Below, piece by piece: positions 53,927 through 64,000 of a stretch of 64,000 nt of DNA. This DNA comes from Syntrophales bacterium (GTDB lineage Bacteria; Desulfobacterota; Syntrophia; Syntrophales; UBA4778), in the NCBI GenBank assembly GCA_963665615.2, contig CAXXQE010000008.1:806001-870000 (forward strand), written 5' to 3'. Each line of letters starts with the position of its first letter. Within the stretch, counting starts at the first letter, position 1. The position numbers and the translations under genes are program-made. A model generated the notes under the pieces. The model was not told where the DNA came from. It searched no databases and saw nothing but the letters and a program-made list of their open reading frames with translations.

Positions 53927-55351
53927 TCAGCGCGCGATCCGATCAAGCACGCTGCCGTCCGGGCCGATCAACTCGACGACGAGGGGCATCTTTCCGATGG
54001 CGTGTGTGGAGCACGACAGGCACGGGTCGTAACAGCGGATGGCCGCCTCCACGCGATTCAATACGCCCTCCGAGATCTTCTCGCCCTGCACGAAGGCCTT
54101 GGCGACCTGTCCCGCCGAGAGGTTCATGGCCCAGTTGTTGTGGCCCGTCGCCACAATCAGATTGACGCGAGTGAGGAGCCCGTTTTCATCCACGCTGTAA
54201 TCGTGGAAGAGCGTTCCGCGCGGGGCTTCAATGACGCCAACGCCGTCGCTGGGGAAGGCAGATGCGGTCTCCGCGCGGAGGTCATTGGACAGGATCTCCG
54301 GGTCGTCGAGCAGCAGACCGATCCGCTCCGCACAATAGAGGGTTTCGATCATGCGGGCGTAGTGGTAGTAGAGCGAGCCTTCCACGGGCTTTTCGCCGGT
54401 GATAGCCCGGTACTGCCGGAAGGCCTCATCGGCCAGCGGCGTGCCGATGTGATCGACGATGTTGAGCCGCGCCAGGGAGCCCACCCGGTAGAACCCCTTT
54501 GGCCAGCCGAGTTTCCGGTAGAAGGGGAACTTCAGGAAGGACCAGGGTTCGACATGCTCGCCCACATAGGCGAGATAGTGGTCTGGACTGAACTGGGCGA
54601 GGAGCTTTCCCTCGGCGTCCTTGAGGCGGACGTCGCCGTCGTAGAGTTCGAGGCCGCCTTCGGCGGTTACCAGTCCCATATAGCCGGACGGGAAGGCCGC
54701 GAAGGAGGCAGCCAGATCGGCGTGGGATTCGAGCCAGGTCCGGATGAGCGTGATGGCCTCCAGGCAGATGGCGATCATGGTGTCGCGTTCCGATGCGATG
54801 GCGTCCCGGTCGGCCGCGGTCAGGGGGGCATTGACGCCGCCGGCAACGGCGAAGTTCGGGTGTACGCGCTTTCGGCCCAGGCGTTCGATAATTTGCTGAC
54901 CGAAGCGCCGCAGGTTGACGGCTTTCAAGGCCAGCTGCGGATCGGCCTGGATAATGCCCGCGACGTTGCGGATCGCCGGGTCGGCGTCGAATCCGAGGAC
55001 CAGATCCGGGGCCGCCAGGTAAAAGAAGTGCAGGGCATGGGATTGCAGGGTCTGCCCCATGTGCATCAGTTCCCGCAGGAGCCGGGCCGGTCGCGGCGGG
55101 ACGACGCGCTCGACGGCGTCGCACGTCTTGGCCGCGGCCAGGTGGTGGCTCACCGGACAGATCCCGCAGATGCGCTGGGTGATCTGCGTCATTTCATAGT
55201 AGGGCCGCCCCTCGCAGAACCGCTCCAGTCCTCGGAATTCGTCCACGTGAAAATAGGTCTGCTCGACTGCGCCTTCGTCGTTGAGATGAATGGTGACCCG
55301 GCCATGGCCTTCCACGCGGGTAACGGGTTCAATCGTAATTTTCTTTCCCAC
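53927..55351 (-). CDS. hoxH: [NiFe]-hydrogenase large subunit, group 3 (HoxH-like)
   Basis: EPVTRVEGHG, L1 RICGICPVSH, EAPRGTL, L2 YDPCLSCSTH followed by a cleavable tail. Confidence 0.92.
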   Translation of the reverse strand: MGKKITIEPVTRVEGHGRVTIHLNDEGAVEQTYFHVDEFRGLERFCEGRPYYEMTQITQRICGICPVSHHLAAAKTCDAVERVVPPRPARLLRELMHMGQTLQSHALHFFYLAAPDLVLGFDADPAIRNVAGIIQADPQLALKAVNLRRFGQQIIERLGRKRVHPNFAVAGGVNAPLTAADRDAIASERDTMIAICLEAITLIRTWLESHADLAASFAAFPSGYMGLVTAEGGLELYDGDVRLKDAEGKLLAQFSPDHYLAYVGEHVEPWSFLKFPFYRKLGWPKGFYRVGSLARLNIVDHIGTPLADEAFRQYRAITGEKPVEGSLYYHYARMIETLYCAERIGLLLDDPEILSNDLRAETASAFPSDGVGVIEAPRGTLFHDYSVDENGLLTRVNLIVATGHNNWAMNLSAGQVAKAFVQGEKISEGVLNRVEAAIRCYDPCLSCSTHAIGKMPLVVELIGPDGSVLDRIAR

Positions 55352-55362
55352 GGCGATTCTCC

Positions 55363-55908
55363 TTAATCATAGGTAAAGAGTTCTTTGGGAAGAATGACGG
55401 GTGTTCGCCCGGCCAGTAATTCCGTCAACGCATACCAGAAGGCGTCTGCCCGCGGCGGGCAGCCCGGCACGAACAGATCGACCCTCACGACCTTATCGAC
55501 CCCCGTGACCATGTCCAGCGGTTTTCCTAGTTCCGGGGAATCGGGGATCACCCCGTCGCAGACACTCTCGGTTTCCAGGTAAGCGCGCTTCAGGGCCTCC
55601 TGGGTTCCGACGAGGTTCCGCATGGCTACGACGCCGCCGAAGGTAGCGCAATCTCCCACGGCAACCAGAATCTGGCAACGCTCCCGCATCTGCTTGGCCA
55701 CCTCGATATTGTGGGTGTTGCTGATGGCGCCCTCCAGGACGCCCACGGTAACGCCCTCTTTTGGGGGATGCTTCAGATCGGTGATCGGACTGGAGGTCAG
55801 CTCCGCTGCCTCCAGCAGCTTGACGATGCGTTCGTCGATATCAAGCAGCGACATGTGACAGCCGGCGCATCCGGCGAGCCAGTCGGTGGCAATCTTAACC
55901 CTTGCCAT
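55363..55908 (-). CDS. hoxY: [NiFe]-hydrogenase small subunit (HoxY-like, single cluster)
   Basis: WLAGCAGCHMSLLD, VGDCA, PGCPP; about 181 aa. Confidence 0.9.
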   Translation of the reverse strand: MARVKIATDWLAGCAGCHMSLLDIDERIVKLLEAAELTSSPITDLKHPPKEGVTVGVLEGAISNTHNIEVAKQMRERCQILVAVGDCATFGGVVAMRNLVGTQEALKRAYLETESVCDGVIPDSPELGKPLDMVTGVDKVVRVDLFVPGCPPRADAFWYALTELLAGRTPVILPKELFTYD

Positions 55909-57706
55909 GGCGCGTCCTCCTTTCCGCAATCGCCTTGCCGGCCGAAGCCCAGAGGGCCTCCGGGGTTGTCTCGAGTTTGTATCCCAATTGATGTCCCAGC
56001 ATCGTGAGGATTTCCCAGTCCGTTTTTGCCTCTCCCAGGGGTTCCACGACCTTGTGAAGCGGTCTCAGAGCCCCCTCGGTATTGGTCAGGCTGCCGGACG
56101 TTTCCCACCAGGTGGCCGCCGGCAAGACCATATCGGCGCGTTCAATCAGCGGAGAGTCAAAACAGGTCTGGACGACGGTAAAGGTTTTCCCCCCGACCCC
56201 CTTCAAACGATGGTCTTCTGTCCATGGGGCCTCTCCCTGGAGGATGAAAAGAAAACGAAGGCCCGACTGGTCGAGATCTGACTTGAAGCCCAGGGCTTCC
56301 GCTGCTGCGGTGTTGACCCCGGGTTGCAGGGGAATAAAAACACCCTTGCCGTGAAGGGGCTTCAGAGCGGCGAGCGACGGGGCGTCGAGCTGTGCCCCAT
56401 AGACGACAACGGGGTATTCCGCCCGTTCGGCCATGCCCACGGCTTGCGGGAGATCCTTCGGGGCCAGGACTTGATAGGCGACCGCGGCCAGGGCGTTATT
56501 CCGATCGCCGACGACAAGGAGACGAATGCCCTGATCCACAGCGCGTTTGATCAAAAACGAGCTGACCGGTTGATCGTTGACCGGGTCGGCCCCGACCAAG
56601 AGGATGAGATCGGCGCGAGCGAGATCCTCCAGGCAGCCGGTCTGCTCTTTGAAGGGCAGCGAAACCGTCTTCTCGAGAAGTCCGATTCGGGTTGCACGGC
56701 CTTTCTTCCTCAAGATGGTCTCCAGGAGGAACAACGCTTCGTTGGTGGCATGGCTGGTGGCTAGAGCCCCCAGTTCATCAGGCGTTGCGGCCTCGATCCG
56801 TTTGGCCAGCGTTTGAATGGCTGTTTCCCAGGTCACGGACTCCAGATGGTTCTTGCGACGAATGAGCGGGGTGGTGATACGTGCGCGCTTTTCCGTCAGC
56901 GGATCGAAGCGCCCAACCCGGCAAAGCAGGCCGCCGTTGACTGCCGCCTCCCAATCGCCCTTGATACACACGATTCTGCCGCCGCGGGTGACAACAGAGA
57001 TCCCGCAGCCGATGCTGCAACGACTGCACGTGCTCTGAACGGTTTCCGTCAGCACGCCTTGTCCCATGTAAGCGCTGCGCTTCTCGGACAGCGCGCCGGT
57101 CGGGCAGACCTGCATGCAGGTGCCGCAGGAGATGCAGGAAGACGCCCCCCAGGGAAGGCTGGAATCGGGATGCACGCGTGTCTCCGTTCCACGGCCCCGC
57201 AGCCCCAGGGTGTGATTGGCGACCAGGTCGCCGCAGGCCCTCACGCATCGCCCGCAAAGGATGCAGCGGTTCTGTTCCATGAGGAGCTGCGGATGAGAGG
57301 CGTCGACGAGATAGGGTTGGCGATAGGTCGGATAGACCCAGTGGTCGATGCCGTAGCGGTATCCCAGGGCCTGCAGTTCGCAGGCGCCGCTGGCCTCGCA
57401 ATACATGCAGAAGTGATTGCGCTCGGAGAAGAGCATGTCGAGGACGAGTTTGCGCGCGGCGACCACCCGCGGCGACTCGGTGCGGATGACCATGCCCTCG
57501 ATCACAGGGAAGGTACAGGACGTTTGCAGAGCCCGTTGTCCCTCGACCTCCACGACGCATATCCGACAGGCGCCTGTTGCCGACAGCGCGGGGTGATTGC
57601 AGAGGGTTGGGATATCAATGCCCGCCCCTTGCGCCGCCTTGAGAACGGTGCTTCCGGCTGGGGCGACGACCTTTCGGTCGTTGATGGTAAGATGCACTAC
57701 CGCCAT
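55895..57706 (-). CDS. HoxU/NuoG-like multi-FeS subunit with a truncated molybdopterin-oxidoreductase-like fold
   Basis: [2Fe-2S] LC...GACRIC...TSC; HFCMYC..SGAC; CILCGRCVRAC; CISCGTCMQVCP; CSRCSIGC...LC; ADMVLPAATWWE.SGS.TN.EG. Confidence 0.85.
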   Translation of the reverse strand: MAVVHLTINDRKVVAPAGSTVLKAAQGAGIDIPTLCNHPALSATGACRICVVEVEGQRALQTSCTFPVIEGMVIRTESPRVVAARKLVLDMLFSERNHFCMYCEASGACELQALGYRYGIDHWVYPTYRQPYLVDASHPQLLMEQNRCILCGRCVRACGDLVANHTLGLRGRGTETRVHPDSSLPWGASSCISCGTCMQVCPTGALSEKRSAYMGQGVLTETVQSTCSRCSIGCGISVVTRGGRIVCIKGDWEAAVNGGLLCRVGRFDPLTEKRARITTPLIRRKNHLESVTWETAIQTLAKRIEAATPDELGALATSHATNEALFLLETILRKKGRATRIGLLEKTVSLPFKEQTGCLEDLARADLILLVGADPVNDQPVSSFLIKRAVDQGIRLLVVGDRNNALAAVAYQVLAPKDLPQAVGMAERAEYPVVVYGAQLDAPSLAALKPLHGKGVFIPLQPGVNTAAAEALGFKSDLDQSGLRFLFILQGEAPWTEDHRLKGVGGKTFTVVQTCFDSPLIERADMVLPAATWWETSGSLTNTEGALRPLHKVVEPLGEAKTDWEILTMLGHQLGYKLETTPEALWASAGKAIAERRTRHGKG

Positions 57707-57818
57707 AGTCTGTCCGGCCTCCTTTCAGAATGGATTTGTTTCCAATACCTTCTCAAGTAAACCGTACGGGTGTGACAGACCACCGTTTGATGTTCAACCT
57801 TCAACCGTGGGTAAGGAC

Positions 57819-57847
57819 ATCTTAATGAAGAACGACGGTGGTGTCAA
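57819..57847 (-). promoter_or_regulatory. sigma70 promoter directly upstream of the hoxU-like gene
   Basis: Minus strand TTGACA-N17-TAAGAT. Confidence 0.7.
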
Positions 57848-57870
57848 TGGGCAACGGGTGCCGTGGTACT

Positions 57871-60015
57871 TTAGTGGGGATGGCGTTCAGCAGGGACGGC
57901 AATCGCACCTTCGGCCAACAGCCTCGAAAAAGCCTCCGCAGGCACGGGGCGACTGAAGAGATAGCCCTGCAGTAAGTCGACGCTTTCCATGGTTAAGATT
58001 TGCGCCTGGATAGCGGTCTCGACCCCTTCGGCCACGACGGACATCTTCAAACTGTGCCCCAGGGCCACGATAGCGCGGATAATAGCGAGACTGTCCCCGT
58101 CGTCGGGTAGATGCATGACGAAGGACCGATCGATTTTTAGGGCCTGAACGGGCAGCCTGTTCAGGTAGTTCAGCGAAGAGTATCCCGTGCCGAAGTCATC
58201 GATTGCAAAACGTACACCCAGTTGTTGGATCTCTTTCATCAACGGCAGCGTGGCGTCCAGATCCTGCATCAACAAGCTCTCGGTCACCTCGAGTATAATC
58301 GTGGAGCCATCCATGCCGCTCGCCGAGAGGGCCTGATGGACATGGGGGAGCAGCATATTCTTTTTAAAGTGAACGGCCGAAAGATTGACAGAAATGGAAA
58401 TGGGTCGCAGTCCTGATTGCCGCCAGTCCTTGTTCTGCGCGGCAGCCGTCGCCAAGGCCCATTCGCCGATGGGGACGATCAGTTCAGTTTCTTCCGCCAA
58501 CGCGATGAAATCGCCTGGGGGAATCAGTCCTCTTTCCGGATGATGCCAACGCAGAAGGGCTTCTGCTCCGGTGATCTCAAAGGTGCCGGTCTTGACGAGC
58601 GGCTGATAGAACAACTCCAGCTGTCCTTGTTCCAGAGCGAGACGCAGGTCGCTTTCCAGGGTCAGACGCTGACGGGCATGCGCATTCATAGACTGCGTGT
58701 AGAACTGGCAACTGTTGGGGCCCAGTTTTCTGGCTGACCACAGGGCGGATTGGGCGTTTTTGACCAGTTCATCCATGTCGTTGCCATCTTCCGGATAAAC
58801 GGCGATGCCCACACACGCCGTCATCGTAATTTCATGTCCCTCCAGAAGAAAGGGTTGACTGAGTTCCGTCAGGACCCGCTGGGCAATCAATTCGGCATCT
58901 TTCGGATCAGCGAGGTCCAGCGCTGTGATGGCAAACTCGTCTCCCGTCCACCGGACAAATTCGAGATCTTCTTTATTGGGTCTGGCGGCGCTGTCGCCTC
59001 CCCGGATGTTTTTCTGGATCACCTCGCCGATCAGCTTCAGCAGCAGATCCCCCATGGCATGGCCGAAGGTCTCATTGATCCGGCGAAAGCGGTTGAGGTT
59101 CAGCATCAAGACGGCAAGGCTCCGATGGTGACGATGGGCCGACTCAAGGGCCCTGGTCAGATTTTCCTGAAAGAGGTTGCGGTTGGGAAGGCCCGTCAAT
59201 CCGTCGTAGTAAGCCAGATATTGGACGCGGTCTTCGGCGAGTTTGCGCTCCGTAATGTCTTGAATGGTAACCATGTATCCTGGATCTGACGTGTCATCGG
59301 CTGCCGTGGGGAGTCCCTGAAAGCTGATCCATTTGACACGGCCGTCCGGCATGCGCAGGCGATGTTCAAATTTGCAGGCTGTTCCATCTTTGAGGGCCAA
59401 CTGATAATTCCTATCCACCTGTTCGCGGTCTTCAGGATGAACCCGCTGCAGAAAAATCTCGTAGCTGAGGGCTTCGACACCGGAATCGCACTCGAGGAGT
59501 CGGGCAACTTCATTGGAACACTGCCAGGTACGATGAACTGAATCGTAATGCCAGCTGCCCATCCGGGCGATACTCTGGGCATAGGCGAGTCCCGCCCGGC
59601 TTTGCGCCAAGGAGCGCATCGCCATGCTGGCCCGTATCATGTATCGGACTCGATGTGCCAAGAGCGACCAGGCAATCGGCTTGGTGATAAAATCCGTGGC
59701 GCCGGCGTCATAGGCATTGCGAATAGAGGTGTCGTCATCCAGCCCCGTCATAATGAGGATGGGGACATTGGCACCGCCGACCATAGTCCTTATCCGTCGG
59801 CAAACCTCGAAACCGTCGATTCCGGGCATAATCACATCCAAAAGAACCAGATCGAAGGGGCGTTGCACGAAAATCAGCAATGCCTCCTCTCCGCTTTCCG
59901 CTTCCGTGATATCATAGCTATCTGCGGCCAGCGTTTTGCCGGCGAGCAAAAGATTGACAGGATCATCATCTACGATGAGGATAGACAAGTCTTGATAGTT
60001 ATTAATCATTTGCAT
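57871..60015 (-). CDS. REC-PAS-GGDEF-EAL protein
   Basis: ILIVDDD...[60 protein letters not shown]. Confidence 0.92.
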   Translation of the reverse strand: MQMINNYQDLSILIVDDDPVNLLLAGKTLAADSYDITEAESGEEALLIFVQRPFDLVLLDVIMPGIDGFEVCRRIRTMVGGANVPILIMTGLDDDTSIRNAYDAGATDFITKPIAWSLLAHRVRYMIRASMAMRSLAQSRAGLAYAQSIARMGSWHYDSVHRTWQCSNEVARLLECDSGVEALSYEIFLQRVHPEDREQVDRNYQLALKDGTACKFEHRLRMPDGRVKWISFQGLPTAADDTSDPGYMVTIQDITERKLAEDRVQYLAYYDGLTGLPNRNLFQENLTRALESAHRHHRSLAVLMLNLNRFRRINETFGHAMGDLLLKLIGEVIQKNIRGGDSAARPNKEDLEFVRWTGDEFAITALDLADPKDAELIAQRVLTELSQPFLLEGHEITMTACVGIAVYPEDGNDMDELVKNAQSALWSARKLGPNSCQFYTQSMNAHARQRLTLESDLRLALEQGQLELFYQPLVKTGTFEITGAEALLRWHHPERGLIPPGDFIALAEETELIVPIGEWALATAAAQNKDWRQSGLRPISISVNLSAVHFKKNMLLPHVHQALSASGMDGSTIILEVTESLLMQDLDATLPLMKEIQQLGVRFAIDDFGTGYSSLNYLNRLPVQALKIDRSFVMHLPDDGDSLAIIRAIVALGHSLKMSVVAEGVETAIQAQILTMESVDLLQGYLFSRPVPAEAFSRLLAEGAIAVPAERHPH

Positions 60016-62776
60016 TTTCCTCCAGAACCACTTTCAACGCCATTCCTGCACGTTGAAAGGCCTCTTCGAGCGACGCGGCCTCTTTACGCGCCGTTGCGGC
60101 CTTCTCCTGACGCGCTGCAATTTCTATTATTTTTGCGCATTGTGCCAACTCCGTCAAACCCAGACTGGCGCTGCTGGACTTCAAGGTGTGGGCGGACCGC
60201 ATGATCGTTTCGTTGTCATTGCGGTCGTAACCTTCGACAATCGCGCGAATGAGTTGACTGGCACTTGACAAATATTTTCCGATGATCCGGTTGAGTAGCG
60301 CGGGACCGTCTGGGCCGAGTGCACGGATCGCGTCCAAGGCTTTTTGATCGATCTTGGCAGGCGTCGTCTGAACGTCGGTTGTATCGGGCTGTCGCATAGG
60401 CGTCGGCTCCATGTCTATCTCCTCGGATCGGAATCGAGGCGGAGTCTTAGACAGCCAGCGCCCCAGGGTTCTGGTAAGGGCCTGTTGGGTGAAGGGCTTG
60501 GAGATGAAATCGTCCATGCCGGCCGCCAGACAGGCCTCCCGGTCTCCTGCCATGGCGTTGGCGGTCAAGGCGATAATCGGAATGTGACTCGACGAGGTCT
60601 GGCGTTCGCGCTCTCGGATGCGACGGGTTGCCTCATAGCCGTCCATTTGAGGCATCTGGATGTCCATAAGAATGATGTCATATGCCTTGTCGCCGATCTT
60701 CGATAACACCTCCAGGCCGTTAACGGCCACGTCTGCTCGGCAGCCGATGCTTTCCAGGGTGGCCAGGGCCACCTGCTGGTTGACGTCATTGTCCTCCGCC
60801 AGCAGAATCATCGGCTGAAAATCCTGCCAATTCCACTGTGGATCTGAATCGTCTTCGGCCATAAAAAGAGTAAAGATGGTTTTGCGGAGTTGCTCCTGAC
60901 GTACGGGTTTGGTTAGAAAAGCGCTGATGCCTGCTGCTCTGGCCGCCGTTGCTTGTCTCGGTTCGACCATGGAGGTGAGCAGAACCAGTTGCGTGACGCT
61001 CAGTGCCGGATCATCCTTAATGCGTCTGGCTAGATCAATGCCGGTCATTTCGGGCATCTTCATGTCCAGAAGAGCCAGGTCGTAGGGCCTGTTCACCAAA
61101 GACGCCTGCCGGATCTTATGCAGGGCCTCGGAACCGTCTCTGGCGGCATCGTCCTGCATCCCCCAGCAGCGCACATGATGACAGAGGATATCTCGGTTCG
61201 TTTCGTTATCATCCACCACCAGGACGCGCAGATTCTTCAGCCGTTCGGGCAGATTAAATAGTCCCAGCGGGGAAACTGCGGGGGAGAAGGGCAGGGTTAA
61301 ATGAAAGATGGATCCTTTGCCGACAGCGCTCTCAACGCTGACCGTTCCCCCCATCATGCGGACAAGTTGATGAACGATGGCCAGTCCGAGTCCAGTGCCG
61401 CCGAAACGTCGTGCATGGCTGTTGTCGGCCTGCTGGAAAGGAACAAAGAGGTCCGGCAGGACGTCCTGCGGGATGCCGATGCCCGTATCCTCTATTCTGA
61501 AAAAGATCTCCGGATGATTTTCCGTACTGGCCGTCGTAGGCCCCAGACTAAGAGAAACTTCCCCTTCGGCCGTAAATTTGATGGCATTGCCGATGAGATT
61601 GGTGAGGATCTGGCAGAGGCGGACACGGTCTCCCCGAATGCTCGTGGGAAGCTCCGGATGGAGGAAGCACCTGAACTTGAGATGTTTTTGATGGGCGCTC
61701 TGCTCCAGGAGCTCCATGATTTCCTCGGCCACTTGCGATGGCGAGAAGTCAAACAGGTCCAGCTCCATTTTGCCCGCCTCGATTTTAGAGAAGTCGAGAA
61801 TATTGTTGATGATGGCCAGTAGGTTTTCGCCCGAACCGTAAGCCGTTTCGGCAAACCGTCGCTGATCCGGTTTCAGGTCGGTTTTAAGGAGCAATTCCGT
61901 CATGCCCAGCACCCCATTCATCGGAGTCCGAATTTCGTGACTCATCGTCGCCAGAAAGGCGCTCTTGGCTCGGCTGGCCTCTTCCGCCGCCTCCTTGGCG
62001 GTTACCAATTCCGCAGTGCGAATTTGGACCTCTTCTTCGAGTTGGTCCCGGTGCTCGGCCAACTGTCTGTCGCGTTCTTTGATCTGCCCCAGCATGACAT
62101 TGAACCCCTGCGCCAGAATATTCAGTTCGGCGATCTCGCTGCCTTTGGCGCGCACCGAGTAGTCGTTATGCAAGGAAACCCGCTCGGTCAGTGAGGACAG
62201 GTCGTTGATCGGTTGGAGAATGGCCCTGTCGAGACGGCGCAAGAGCAGGTAGGCGACGGTCACGGCCAGCAGACCGGAAAAGAGCATGATCAGATGATGC
62301 AGGCCCATCTGACGATAGAGCGGCGCTAGGTCGATATCTAGAAACAATGCTCCCCGCAGCTCATGGCTGTGGCGGATGGGATAGGTCAAATGGATGTCGC
62401 GAAGGCTGTAAGTTGTCTGCAGATTGTATGATCGAAGTGTCGCAGGCAGATGCGATTGATACCGCCCCTGTTTTACAAAGAGCCGTCCGTCCGGACCGTA
62501 TAGGGCGACCCCCAGCACGTCCTCGGAATTGTTGAGCGATGCCAGAACACCAAGCGCAGCGTCTTTGTCCTGAAACATTAAAGAGGCCGCGGTATTTTCA
62601 GCCAGAACGGCTGCCGTGGCACGATTCTTTTCTACCAGCGAGAACAGATTCATTAAATAACTGCTTGTTAGCACCAACAAGGCGACCAGGACAATGGCAG
62701 TCGCAAGCGTTATCAGGTTGATGCGTTGGAGCTTGCGTCGCAGCGTGATGATATTATACTTCCCGGCTGCCGTCAT
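60002..62776 (-). CDS. Hybrid sensor histidine kinase (periplasmic sensor-HAMP-HisKA-HATPase-REC-REC-Hpt)
   Basis: Two TM helices; [33 protein letters not shown]; two receiver domains; AHTLKSSS Hpt. Confidence 0.93.
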   Translation of the reverse strand: MTAAGKYNIITLRRKLQRINLITLATAIVLVALLVLTSSYLMNLFSLVEKNRATAAVLAENTAASLMFQDKDAALGVLASLNNSEDVLGVALYGPDGRLFVKQGRYQSHLPATLRSYNLQTTYSLRDIHLTYPIRHSHELRGALFLDIDLAPLYRQMGLHHLIMLFSGLLAVTVAYLLLRRLDRAILQPINDLSSLTERVSLHNDYSVRAKGSEIAELNILAQGFNVMLGQIKERDRQLAEHRDQLEEEVQIRTAELVTAKEAAEEASRAKSAFLATMSHEIRTPMNGVLGMTELLLKTDLKPDQRRFAETAYGSGENLLAIINNILDFSKIEAGKMELDLFDFSPSQVAEEIMELLEQSAHQKHLKFRCFLHPELPTSIRGDRVRLCQILTNLIGNAIKFTAEGEVSLSLGPTTASTENHPEIFFRIEDTGIGIPQDVLPDLFVPFQQADNSHARRFGGTGLGLAIVHQLVRMMGGTVSVESAVGKGSIFHLTLPFSPAVSPLGLFNLPERLKNLRVLVVDDNETNRDILCHHVRCWGMQDDAARDGSEALHKIRQASLVNRPYDLALLDMKMPEMTGIDLARRIKDDPALSVTQLVLLTSMVEPRQATAARAAGISAFLTKPVRQEQLRKTIFTLFMAEDDSDPQWNWQDFQPMILLAEDNDVNQQVALATLESIGCRADVAVNGLEVLSKIGDKAYDIILMDIQMPQMDGYEATRRIRERERQTSSSHIPIIALTANAMAGDREACLAAGMDDFISKPFTQQALTRTLGRWLSKTPPRFRSEEIDMEPTPMRQPDTTDVQTTPAKIDQKALDAIRALGPDGPALLNRIIGKYLSSASQLIRAIVEGYDRNDNETIMRSAHTLKSSSASLGLTELAQCAKIIEIAARQEKAATARKEAASLEEAFQRAGMALKVVLEENAND

Positions 62777-63300
62777 TGGGACACCTTTTCAGCCAGTTTC
62801 AGCAGTTTAGAGCTTACCGACAGCCCGGCGTTGCGGGTGGCAGCCAGATTGATGTCGAAAGAGATCTTGTTCTGGCAGGTAAACATGTTGATGGCGATAC
62901 CCATCGTAGAGGTTGGGGTGTCGGCCACTGTCAAAACAGCGCGTCCCTTGAGGGCATTGTGGAGCTCATCGAGCTGTTCGATCGCCGAGGCGCTGATGAA
63001 GACCACCTGGCAGTCCTTTAGCTCAGACAGGCGGGTTGCTCGATATATCGCGATGGTGCGAACCCCAGCGGTTTTCCCTTTGAGCTTATCCAGGTTCTGT
63101 CCGAAGGGATCCCGTCCGTATGTGCAGAGTTTGAGAGTGGGGCCGACGCTTTCCGGCCATTCCGTAAAGAGGATGAAGTTATAGAGAAAGGCCGCTTTCA
63201 GTGCGTATTCTTGTGACTCATGTCTTTCACCTCGGGATGGCCAAGGAAGCAAAAGGCAGATGCACAGCGTGAGAATCAGTATGGTCTGTCTAAACGTCAT
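62773..63300 (-). CDS. YfiR-family (DUF4154) periplasmic protein
   Basis: Signal peptide; [37 protein letters not shown]; start trimmed to 63300. Confidence 0.88.
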   Translation of the reverse strand: MTFRQTILILTLCICLLLPWPSRGERHESQEYALKAAFLYNFILFTEWPESVGPTLKLCTYGRDPFGQNLDKLKGKTAGVRTIAIYRATRLSELKDCQVVFISASAIEQLDELHNALKGRAVLTVADTPTSTMGIAINMFTCQNKISFDINLAATRNAGLSVSSKLLKLAEKVSQ

Positions 63301-63343
63301 GTCTCTCGTTCTTATATGACAAATGCGAAGTTGATTCAAAACC

Positions 63344-64000
63344 TTAAAAATGCAAAGTGATCTTTGCGTAGGCGCTGCGCCGGCTTTCATAAACCTGGCT
63401 GCTGTATAGTTCAGTGCAGAATTCCGGATGGCTTTCCTGCAGCAGATTCTGGCCAACCAGAGAAAACTCCAAAGAAGAGATCGGGCGCCATCCGATTCGG
63501 AGATCCATCGTCGTATATGCATCGACAGGTTCCCCCTGGAAGCCACCTACATACCTCAGCCAGGCGTCTACCTCGATACTGTGGGGCAGATTGACGAGAG
63601 ACCGCAAAGAAACCTGATGTCTGGGGATGCCAAAATTGATGCCGTAAGTGGTAAGGTATGTCGTTGCGGCCTCTCTAATCTCGGCATAGGTGTAACTGGC
63701 CTTGATCTGCCAGCGGTCAATGGGTTTCCAACCGACCGCCACTTCCGTACCATAAATCTTGGCCGACAGGCTGCTGTCAAGAATGATCGGAAAAACGGCA
63801 TGGGGAACCGGTGTGCCAAGGAAGAAGGGCGTACCTACGTAACTGTTGCGGATATGGTCATAGTCATTAAAGTAACAGGATATATCGATATTGAACCGGC
63901 GGGTCGGTTGAAGACGGTACCCTCCTTCATAAGCAATAACTTCTTCCGACTTGAAATTGGCGTTACCATAAGCCGTAACCACCGTCGGATAGATGGCCGG
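63344..64000 (-). CDS. TonB-dependent receptor, C-terminal barrel part (5' end outside window)
   Basis: SEEVIAYEGGYR, YGTEV, ASYTY, AYTTMDLRIGW, GQNLL, RSAYAKITLHF ending in Phe. Confidence 0.85.
   Translation of the reverse strand, partial: PAIYPTVVTAYGNANFKSEEVIAYEGGYRLQPTRRFNIDISCYFNDYDHIRNSYVGTPFFLGTPVPHAVFPIILDSSLSAKIYGTEVAVGWKPIDRWQIKASYTYAEIREAATTYLTTYGINFGIPRHQVSLRSLVNLPHSIEVDAWLRYVGGFQGEPVDAYTTMDLRIGWRPISSLEFSLVGQNLLQESHPEFCTELYSSQVYESRRSAYAKITLHF

Noticed and set aside
53927..57706. Selenocysteine ([NiFeSe]) hydrogenase, or formate dehydrogenase identity for the 603-aa subunit
   Set aside because: The L2 motif is all Cys (DPCLSC) with no in-frame TGA. The 603-aa protein is too short for an FDH catalytic subunit and shows no Cys/Sec-His active-site motif.

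Overview
This 64 kb window is core chromosome from an anaerobic deltaproteobacterium. The gene set and the look of the 16S suggest Desulfobacterota, possibly Syntrophales, which is an inference. From left to right: two CNNM/CBS hemolysin-family genes, a uridyltransferase-only GlmU, a NarL-type regulator, glmM, dusB, zapB-zapA-6S RNA-rny-ymdB-tyrS, a complete rrn operon (16S, tRNA-Ile, tRNA-Ala, 23S, 5S), and a multi-MshEN PilB/GspE ATPase with PilZ and FlhG-like partners. Next come an alginate-export-type porin, nitroreductases, a split MetH, pyrE, csp, rpmA/rplU, rng, a radical SAM fusion, nadB, a two-subunit fumarase, malic enzyme, cimA, leuB, a Sua5/YciO protein and rne. The right end holds two orphan integron cassettes, a hoxUYH-protease [NiFe]-hydrogenase operon and a TonB receptor-YfiR-hybrid kinase-REC/PAS/GGDEF/EAL cluster that runs off the window. 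The strongest signals that the ORF track misses or does not explain are: (1) an Ile-rich leader peptide with alternative terminator and antiterminator folds upstream of citramalate synthase; (2) two attC sites without an integrase; (3) a Hox hydrogenase operon with its own promoter but no HoxE/HoxF; (4) the TonB receptor-YfiR phosphorelay to c-di-GMP; (5) several families of small dispersed repeats. All assignments come from motif recognition by eye; no database searches were run.
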